7,957 nucleotides of DNA from Octopus sinensis. Its lineage: Eukaryota. The position numbers and the translations under genes are program-made. Shown here piece by piece: positions 1-6,387 of the stretch; the stretch's first letter is position 1; the number at the start of each line of letters is the position of its first letter. The notes beneath the pieces were generated by a model that saw only the letters and a list, made by a program, of their open reading frames with translations, searched no databases and was not told the origin of the DNA. The stretch is taken from assembly GCF_006345805.1 (NCBI RefSeq), contig NW_021828674.1, positions 1 through 7,957 of the forward strand. The letters run 5' to 3'.

Positions 1-1
1 A

Positions 2-46
2 CGATCGAAGATAGAGAATAGGTATGCATTTTTCTGTCTTCGATCG
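2..46. repeat. Imperfect inverted repeat / 17-bp hairpin
   Basis: 2-18 pairs with 30-46 (CGATCGAAGA/TCTTCGATCG perfect, then two G-T wobbles); 11-nt loop. Confidence 0.85.
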
Positions 47-120
47 CATTGTTTTTACAGTGACGTCTTCGTCTACGTAACGTCGTGACAAATCAGGGCT
101 GGCTTCAATTTCTCTTGAAA
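46..120 (-). pseudogene. Probable continuation of the Helitron helicase relic beyond the TIR element
   Basis: Minus strand reads FKRN*SQP*, then after a frameshift ICHDVT*TKTSL*KQC. This aligns loosely with the next expected motif LLRNLxP..LCNGTRLxVxxLxxxVI. Heavily decayed. Confidence 0.45.
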
Positions 121-147
121 ATCTGTAGAGATAACTGTAAAAAGTGC

Positions 148-520
148 TCTGTGTGAATAGTCTGGCTGCATCCGAAAAAATATATATTATGAAACAAAAA
201 TAAACACAAAATTTATTACACGAATCTGTTACCACCACGACAGTCAACTATTCGACGCCGAACACGAGTTTGATGTTGAATACATCCACGAATTTTCCGC
301 TCAGATAGCTCTTCCCAAGACTGCAAGTATTGCCAGTTTATCTCTCTCGCTAATTTGTTCACCTCGCCTGCGAGCCATCTAAAGTTAATAATGATTCTGC
401 TAATTCCACGTGTATACATGTGTTGAATAGAACTCACTGAATAAATCTTAATTAACTGTGTTGTTAATTGTATGCACCTGACATATGCTAACGTGTATGC
501 AGCCAGACTTTTCACACAGA
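148..520 (-). mobile_element. Non-autonomous, internally deleted IS630/Tc1/mariner-type DNA transposon
   Basis: 24-bp inverted repeats with 1 mismatch: 148-171 TCTGTGTGAATAGTCTGGCTGCAT and 497-520 ATGCAGCCAGACTTTTCACACAGA. Between them the minus strand encodes WEELSERKIRGCIQHQTRVRRRIVDCRGGNRFV* (317-216), whose W/I/I/R/IV/GG spacing matches the typical Tc1/mariner C-terminus (W..IP...I..LI.SMPRRL..VI...GG...Y*). AATAAA overlaps the stop (212-217). TA lies 3 nt outside the right TIR (524-525); no matching left TA TSD was resolved. Confidence 0.7.
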
Positions 521-522
521 AG

Positions 523-720
523 GTATTTCTTTTTCAACCTTAAACTAGGAAGGTGCCGGTCTCCACTAAAGTTACAACTGTTTGGGAACTTTATTGGATA
601 ATTGTACAGATTTTCTTCTTCACTGCAACAGTTAATGCTTTTGTTGGAGACAGTTTCTACATTAAATTAGTTGGCAATTTCCTTGTGTATAGCATGAACG
701 TCACTTGTAGAGGATATTGA
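523..720 (-). pseudogene. Decayed Helitron RepHel (PIF1-like helicase) coding fragment
   Basis: Manual translation of the minus strand gives SISSTSDVHAIHKEIAN*FNVETVSNKSINCCSEEENLYNYPIKFPNSCNFSGDRHLPSLRLKKKY with one in-frame stop (667-669). This follows the Helitron/PIF1 pattern recalled as PTNxDVxxINxxIL...YxSxD......NYPxEFLNSLxxSGLPPHxLxLKxG. It is not in the ORF track because it lacks a start and has a stop. Confidence 0.75.
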
Positions 721-892
721 ATAACTAATAGGCTACCAAAATCTTCATTTATTTCACATTCATGATGCGACCTCAACAACCTTTCCAGGATCAATCCTGT
801 TACCAGAGTACTATTGTTTTTCTCTGTCTTTCAGAACATGAAGGAGAAAGCAGTTCAATCACGCTCTCGCGTTGGTTTAAACAAACAGTGTT

Positions 893-937
893 TGACAAAA
901 ATCCGTGCTGCATCAGATGCAGCACGGATTTTTGTCA
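893..937. repeat. Perfect palindrome, 22-bp arms with 1-nt spacer
   Basis: TGACAAAAATCCGTGCTGCATC-A-GATGCAGCACGGATTTTTGTCA; the arms are exact reverse complements. Confidence 0.98.
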
Positions 938-1582
938 GTGAACAGGTCGCGGATTTTAGCGACGAAAATATTTTGACAAATTAAACTTAAATGTTGAAGT
1001 GAATCGAACGGCTTTTGTGTGTTTCTTAAATGGCTTACAAACACCTTCCACGCTGCAATTGTTTTATATATATATATACAAGCATGCATTTAGCGACCAG
1101 GAGACACATTTATGTGTCAAATAAAAAAATATATTTACTAACCGAAAAGCATGTTATTAAAATAAATCAGGATCTTTACATTTTGACCGACAGATTTAAA
1201 AAATAATTTTTTGTAACTAAACACTTTCAAACTTCGGACACTGGTAGAATGTGTCATATTAAACATCTTTTACTTAGCATTTTGAGAAAAAATTTATATG
1301 TACGAAGTTATTTCACGTTAAAAGTTCTCGTATTCGGTAATTAAACCAATCAATGACGTGTATTCAGCTGAATAAAATTACTGCCGTTGTTTGCCAACAA
1401 CTATCGGCGGTGTATTTTTCGTTTGTCACTGTTATTTACGACATCGTTCGTGCGTTTGTACTGGTTTTAGCTTTAAGGTTTTAGGGTTAGGGTTGTCATA
1501 AAAAACCGTGAAATATAGAAAAAAAGAAAAAGTCCAAAGAAGGGAAAACGGAGAAAGAAAATCGCCAACGATACACACGCGG

Positions 1583-1583
<1 letters not shown>

Positions 1584-1633
<50 letters not shown>

Positions 1634-1700
1634 AAATATATATATATATACATATATATATATACATACATATACACATTCACACACACATATATACATA
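1584..1700. repeat. Compound (CA)n + (TA)n/(TACA)n microsatellite
   Basis: Pure (CA)n at 1584-1621 followed by an interrupted TA/CA tract. Confidence 0.98.
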
Positions 1701-1811
1701 CTACTGTGCTACACTCTACGTTTGGTAATATTTGCCATGATTTTGCTGATTATTTTAAGAAGCTGTGTAATAGTAAGCACCTTTGATCCGGGAGGAACAT
1801 CTATGATATGA

Positions 1812-1992
1812 CAGCTGAGTGGAGAGAGTGCGTGAGAGAGGAGGGCTGCACTGGCATTTGGCTGGGACTCTATTTTAGGTGACTAGCATGAAATGAGGAC
1901 ATTAGCTGAAGGTCTCAGTCCTACTTCGAGCAGAATTCGATCCACAACATTACGAACGGAAGCCCATTTCCCTAACTATTAAGCCAAGTGCC
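1812..1992 (-). mobile_element. Old, diverged tRNA-derived SINE (family 3)
   Basis: Minus strand GGCACTTGGCTTAATAGTTAGG... has an A-box-like TGGCTTAATAG (1986-1976) and a B-box-like GGATCGAATTC (1943-1933) at tRNA-like spacing. Downstream CTCCACTCAGCTG (1824-1812) resembles a SINE body motif (recall). Boundaries approximate. Confidence 0.5.
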
Positions 1993-2009
1993 TTCGTATT
2001 AGATATATA

Positions 2010-2596
2010 TATTTCCTTACTACCCACAAGGGGCTAAACATAGAGGGGACAAACAAGGACAGACAAACGGATTAAGTTGATTACATCAACCCCAGTGCGT
2101 AACTGGTACTTAATTTAGCGACCCCGAAAGGATGAAAGGCAAAGTCGACCTCGGCGGAATTTCAACTCAGAACGTAACGGCAGACGAAATACCTATTTCC
2201 TTACTGCCCACAAGGGGTTAAACACAGAGAGGACAAACAAGGCAGACACACGGATTAAGTCGATTACATCGATCCCAGTGCGTAACTGGTACTTAATTTA
2301 TCGACCCCGAAAGGATGAAAGGCAAAGTCGACCCCGGCGGAATTTGAACTCAGAACGTAGCGGCAGACGAATTACCTATTTCTTTACTACCCACAAGGGG
2401 CTAAACACAGAGGACAAACAAGGACAGACAAACGGATTAAGTCGATTACATCGACCCCAGTGCGTAACTGGTACTTAATTTATCGACCCCGAAAGGATGT
2501 AAAGGTAAAGTCGACCTCGGCGGAATTTGAACTCAGAACGTAACGGCAGACGAAATACGGCTACGCATTTCGCCCGGCGTGCTAACGTTTCTGCCC
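2010..2596 (-). mobile_element. tRNA-derived SINE (family 1), head-to-tail trimer
   Basis: Three near-identical units: 2010-2193, 2194-2376 and 2377-2596 (periods 184 and 183). Only the 5'-most unit carries the A-box head (GGCAGAAACGTTAGC); each has the B-box GAGTT(C/G)AAATTCC. The body GTCGACTTTGCCTTTCATCCTTTCGGGGTCGATAAATTAAGTACC resembles the Meta/Sauria-SINE central domain (recall). Confidence 0.9.
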
Positions 2597-2659
2597 GGCA
2601 ACAACACCAATAGCTATAGTAAAGAATGCGTGACATCCACAGGTGTTTATCAATTACGT

Positions 2660-3169
2660 GAATATATGTGTGTGATTGCGTTTGAGTTTGTGCTTATCAA
2701 GGATACGTGTCGTGTATGTTAAGGGATGTGTGTTTGTATGGTGTGTCTATTATGTATGTGCGTGTGTTTTCTATACGTATGGTATCTGGTATGTACTCAC
2801 TTGTTTGTTTGCCCGCGCACGTATGTTTTCTATACGTATAGTATTTGTTTGTTTGCGTGTGTGTGTGTGTGTGTTTTCTATACGTATAGTGTTTGTTTGT
2901 GTGTGTGTGCGGCGGGGTGTGTGCGTGTGGTGCCTGGTACGTGTGTGTCCGTGTCCGTTGTGTACCTGTGTGTATGTGTACGTGCGATGGTATGTCTGAT
3001 GCTTCTATTATGAATGCTTGGTATGTGTGTGTGTGTGTGTATGTCTGTGTGTGGTGTGTGTGTGTGTGTGTATGTGTGTGTGTGCGTGTAGCATATTATG
3101 TGATGTATCGTGTAAGGGAATACGCGTGTATATGCACGCATTTGTGTGCGTGTATGTGTGTGTGTATGT

Positions 3170-3203
<34 letters not shown>
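2660..3203. repeat. GT-rich compound microsatellite with a 3-copy GTTTTCTATACGTATRGT minisatellite
   Basis: Interrupted (GT)n tracts; CTATACGTAT starts at 2771, 2830 and 2878. Confidence 0.92.
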
Positions 3204-3207
<4 letters not shown>

Positions 3208-3515
3208 TTGTGTTATTTTTAGGGGTGGCGCTGGTGAGAAAATTATATGATGAGGGCGAGGGTTAGGGTGGAATGTGGTGGACGGAATAGAGAGATGAAG
3301 AGGGGGTGAACCGGGTGCGTGGTGGTAACGGCGGCGGTGGTAGCAAGGGTGGGGGAGGTGGTGGAAGTGGTGGATTGTAGTCGTTTTAGGTAACACTTCG
3401 AACTTGATAACTCTTGCACTGGAACTAATCTATTCCACCAACTTCTGAAGTGGAAGCATTGTGTGGGGTGCCGGTTAGGTGGTGGGTTTGGGGTTCGAGT
3501 TGGGGGTTGGGTAGA
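3203..3515. repeat. G-rich low-complexity tract (decayed GGT/GGG repeats)
   Basis: Strong G skew on the plus strand, with G-runs at 3484-3511. Confidence 0.75.
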
Positions 3516-3684
3516 TATAGATGGATGGATGGATGGATAAACAGATAGGTACGTAATTATGTAGATCGACAGGTAAACAGATAAACAGAGATTAATTAGG
3601 CAGGTATGTAGATAGACAGATAGATAAACAGACAGGCAAACAGACAGACAGATAGGCAGAAAGATAGAAAGACTGATAGAGATT

Positions 3685-3768
<84 letters not shown>

Positions 3769-3787
3769 TAGAGAGAGAGACTGATAG

Positions 3788-3848
<61 letters not shown>

Positions 3849-3905
3849 CAGACAGACATACAGATAGATAGATATTTGGATGGATGAATGGATGGATGGA
3901 TAGAT
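3516..3905. repeat. Compound (GGAT)n/(GATA)n/(GACA)n/(GA)n microsatellite
   Basis: Directly visible tetra- and dinucleotide arrays; source of the YLSI/CLSV-repeat ORFs. Confidence 0.98.
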
Positions 3906-3906
3906 A

Positions 3907-3938
3907 GGCGAAAACATGGTTGTATGGTAAGAAGTTTG
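3907..3938 (+). mobile_element. Short 5' remnant of the family 2 SINE head
   Basis: GGCGAAAACATGGTTGTATGGTAAGAAGTTTG aligns with GGCGCAGGAGTGGCTGTGTGGTAAGTAGCTTG at 4667-4698. Confidence 0.35.
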
Positions 3939-4140
3939 GGTAATCTCTTACTAATAACTATAAATATATCGAAACGTAGAGTAGATGAAACCATGGCGAC
4001 TGAAGAAGGGGTTTTTTCCTTGTGTTATTTGTCCTGTACTCTATTTTTTTGTTGTTTAAGAAAAATGTCCAGTTCCTTGGGTTTGTGTCTATGTTTTCGT
4101 TTCTCATTGTGTTCGACGTTTTTTTTTTGTGTCCTGTACT

Positions 4141-4247
4141 CATATATGCGTGTATATATACATGTAGAGGTTGGTACGTACATATATGTATATATATATG
4201 CATATGTTTTATTTATTAATATATTATATATATATATATATATACAA
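4141..4247. repeat. Interrupted (TA)n/(TACA)n microsatellite
   Basis: Directly visible; pure TA run at about 4226-4243. Confidence 0.9.
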
Positions 4248-4304
4248 GAGTGAGTGGACAAGCGAAAGAAGGGCACTCAGCACATTTATTGAGGGTTACA
4301 TATA

Positions 4305-4445
4305 TGGATCAGAACAGCTTGATTCAAATTCATTGGTACTCCGAGTTTCAGGTGTAAATTTGAATCCAAATTCAAATGGCTGAAGACTATCATCACGTTT
4401 GAAACTCGGAGTACCAACGAATTTGAATTAAACTGTTCTGATCCA
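4305..4445. repeat. Long inverted repeat, 46-bp arms (3 mismatches) around a 49-nt spacer
   Basis: 4305-4350 TGGATCAGAACAGCTTGATTCAAATTCATTGGTACTCCGAGTTTCA versus the reverse complement of 4400-4445 (TGGATCAGAACAGTTTAATTCAAATTCGTTGGTACTCCGAGTTTCA). An inner hairpin ATTTGAAT-CCAA-ATTCAAAT sits at 4358-4377. Confidence 0.97.
4363..4429 (+). ncRNA. Candidate minimal type I hammerhead ribozyme (Penelope-like style), stem II degenerate
   Basis: CUGAAGA 4380-4386; GAAA 4401-4404; stem III ACU-cgg-AGU (4404-4412); cleavage triplet GUA at 4411-4413. Stem I is UGG/CCA, a 3x2 internal loop, CAAAUUC/GAAUUUG, a mismatch, then AAU/AUU. The stem II region (4387-4400) has no convincing helix. Confidence 0.45.
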
Positions 4446-4666
4446 CACACATGCCCCCCCCCCCTCCGCACGCATGCACACACAAACACACACAAATACA
4501 TTCAACCAATTTCAGAAATATCCTGCATAAAGATCTCAGAGCTTTTTCCTAATTCCGAGCATATTCACAAGATGATTCAGTGTATGTATCATGCTTAAAC
4601 CTCTTACTACTTTAAAATACTGTTAACAATAACCTTTTTGAGAATCCTAAATGTAAGTTTACATGT

Positions 4667-5090
4667 GGCGCAGGAGTGGCTGTGTGGTAAGTAGCTTGCT
4701 AACCAACCACATGGTTCCGGGTTCAGTCCCACTGCGTGGCATCTTGGGCAAGTGTCTTCTGCTATAGCCCCGGGCCGACCAATGCCTTGTGAGGATTTGG
4801 TAGACGAACTGAAAGAAGCCTGTCGTATATTGTATATATATATATATGTGTGTGTGTGTATGTGTTTGTGTGTCTGGTTTGTCCCCCTAGCATTGCATGG
4901 CAACCGATGCTGGTGTGTTTACGTCCCCGTCACTTAGCGGTTCGGCAAAAGAGACCGATAGAATAAGTACTGGGCTTACAAAGAATAAGTCCCGGGGTCG
5001 ATTTGCTCGACTAAAGGCGGTGCTCCAGCATGGCCGCAGTCAAATGACTGAAACAAGTAAAAGAGTAAAAGAGTAAAAGAGTAAAGAGTA
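4667..5090 (+). mobile_element. Full-length tRNA-derived SINE (family 2) with internal microsatellite and 8-nt tandem tail
   Basis: A-box-like TGGCTGTGTGGT 4677-4688 and B-box-like GGTTCAGTCCC 4720-4730. CTTGGGCAAGTGTCTT (4743-4758) resembles the start of the CORE domain (recall). Internal (TA)n(TG)n at 4827-4872, 3' stem-loop CAGTC-AAAT-GACTG at 5037-5050, and tail (AAAAGAGT)n at 5059-5089. Confidence 0.88.
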
Positions 5091-5535
5091 TGTCCAGCAA
5101 ACGTAAACAGAGCATAGTCAAGAAAATATAGATTGTTGAATTCTGTCCATCCATAACGTCTTAAATTTCGGTAATTGAAAATTATATTAGTACCATAATG
5201 TATAATAGAAGGCTTCTATTTTTTTTTTTTGAAAAAGATATTTAGGGGTAAAACGGATCTTTAATTTTTTTTTATTTGTGATGTTGAGATACGTGACTAT
5301 ACTGAAGCAGACGTCTACGGGTAGAGAGGACTATATTGTACTTGCTTCGCAAAAAATTGGATTTCTTTGAATTAAATTTGTATAGAGATGACGGACTTTG
5401 AATCCTTCGTTTTGTGTACGGCTACCAAGGAGATAACTGCGGGTACAATCAAATTTATAATTTTAGAGAATTAACTACAGAAATTGTGGTTAATACTTAC
5501 AATAAGAATTGTTAATATTTTAGATATAACTAGGA

Positions 5536-5926
5536 AGCGAGCTAGCAGAATCATTAGCACGGCGGACAAAATGTTTAGCGGTATTTCGTCTGCCGTTACG
5601 TTGTGAGTTCAAATTCCGCCGAGGTCGACTTTGCCTTTCATCCTTTCGGGGTCGAAAATTAAGTACCAGTTACGCACTGGGGTCGATGTAATCGACTTAA
5701 TACCTATGTCTGTCCTTGTTTGTCCCCTCTGTGTTTAGCCCCTTGTGGGTAGTAAATAAATAGGTATTTCGTCTGCCGTTACGTGCTGAGTTCACATTCT
5801 GCCGAGGTCGGCTTTGACTTTCATCATTTCGGGGTCGATAAATTAAGTACCAGTTGCGTACTGGGTCCATCTAATCGACTGGTCCCCTCCCCCAAAATTT
5901 CGGGCCTTGTGCATAGAGAAGAAAAG
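5536..5926 (+). mobile_element. Family 1 SINE dimer: head + long-tail body, then a headless body with a short tail
   Basis: Head GCGAGCTAGCAGAATCATTAGC; GGTATTTCGTCTGCCGTTACG occurs at 5580 and 5763 (period 183); the second unit ends ...GGCCTTGTGCATAGAGAAGAAAAG. Confidence 0.9.
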
Positions 5927-5940
5927 AATATTTTAGATAT

Positions 5941-6143
5941 GGCTAGATGGCAGAATCATTAGCATGCCGGACAAAATGTTTAGTCGTACTTCTTCAGTCT
6001 TTACCTTCTGAGTTCCGCCGAGATTGACCTTGCCTTTCATCCTTTTGGGGTCGATAAAATAAATACGAGTTGAGTCCTGGGGATCGATGCAATCAAATTA
6101 CCTCTCTCCCGAAATTGCTGGCCTTGTGCCAAAATTTGGAATC
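5941..6143 (+). mobile_element. Diverged family 1 SINE, short-tail variant
   Basis: TGGCAGAATCATTAGCATGCCGGAC head, GCCTTTCATCCTTTTGGGGTCGATAAAAT body, tail GGCCTTGTGCCAAAATTTGGAATC. Confidence 0.85.
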
Positions 6144-6159
6144 AATATTTTAAATATAA

Positions 6160-6263
6160 GTTCACCTTTCCTCGTTCGATGAAATAAGTACCAGTTAAAC
6201 ACTGGGGTTCATGTAATCGACTTAGCCCCTCCTGCGAAATTTCTTGTGCCAAAGTTTGAAACT
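6160..6263 (+). mobile_element. 5'-truncated family 1 SINE, short-tail variant
   Basis: CGATGAAATAAGTACCAGTTAAACACTGGGGTTCATGTAATCGAC...CTTGTGCCAAAGTTTGAAAC matches the 3' half of the neighbouring copies. Confidence 0.8.
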
Positions 6264-6332
6264 AGTATTTTAGACATAACTTTAGCTTTAATAACCCTAA
6301 AACATTACCCTAGCGAGATAGTATTAAGTCTA

Positions 6333-6387
6333 ACGAAATACTGCTAAGCAATTCCTGGCGTGCTTACGATACTGCCAGCTCTTGCCG
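6333..6387 (-). mobile_element. Isolated 5' head fragment of a family 1 SINE
   Basis: Reverse complement GGCAAGAGCTGGCAGTATCGTAAGCACGCCAGGAATTGCTTAGCAGTATTTCGT aligns with the heads at 5536-5589 and 7160-7112. Confidence 0.75.

Noticed and set aside
389-402. 14-nt match (reverse complement) to the SINE head at 5543-5556
   Set aside because: Too short and no extension; probably chance.
835-945. Possible 111-nt in-frame cassette exon after a strong-looking acceptor (TTTTTCTCTGTCTTTCAG at 817-834)
   Set aside because: The donor CAG|GTCGCG is poor, the peptide is unrecognisable, and the acceptor lies next to an antisense helicase relic. Spliced RNA-seq reads would be needed.
2278-2478. ORFs 2278-2478, 4607-4903, 4752-4937 and 7097-7318
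   Set aside because: They lie within or across SINE copies; incidental open frames.
2010-2596. Tandem 183-bp units as a CRISPR array, tRNA genes or hammerhead retrozyme
   Set aside because: No unique spacers, no complete cloverleaf, and no CUGANGA core on either strand of the unit. These are SINE copies.
3385-3460. Non-repetitive island in the G-rich tract with TTTTAG acceptor-like site and small hairpin
   Set aside because: All plus frames close quickly, no recognisable peptide, and no convincing donor.
3950-3978. CTAATAA as a decayed CTGATGA upstream of CGAAACGTA
   Set aside because: It requires two core substitutions, and no stem I or stem II can be built.
4305-4445. Type III hammerhead alternative (GUU at 4345-4347) and pre-miRNA interpretation
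   Set aside because: The type III fold needs GAAAC unpaired, but GTTTCA pairs straight through it. A pre-miRNA call needs small-RNA reads, and the 49-nt branched loop is atypical.
1432-4501. Numerous 65-224 aa ORFs (CVCV, THTH, YIYI, YLSI repeats)
   Set aside because: They are translations of microsatellites that lack stop codons; no domain-like content.
5204-5230. Hairpin AATAGAAG-G-CTTCTATT followed by poly(T), resembling an intrinsic terminator
   Set aside because: Eukaryotic context, AT-rich stem with a 1-nt loop, and no upstream gene; expected by chance.
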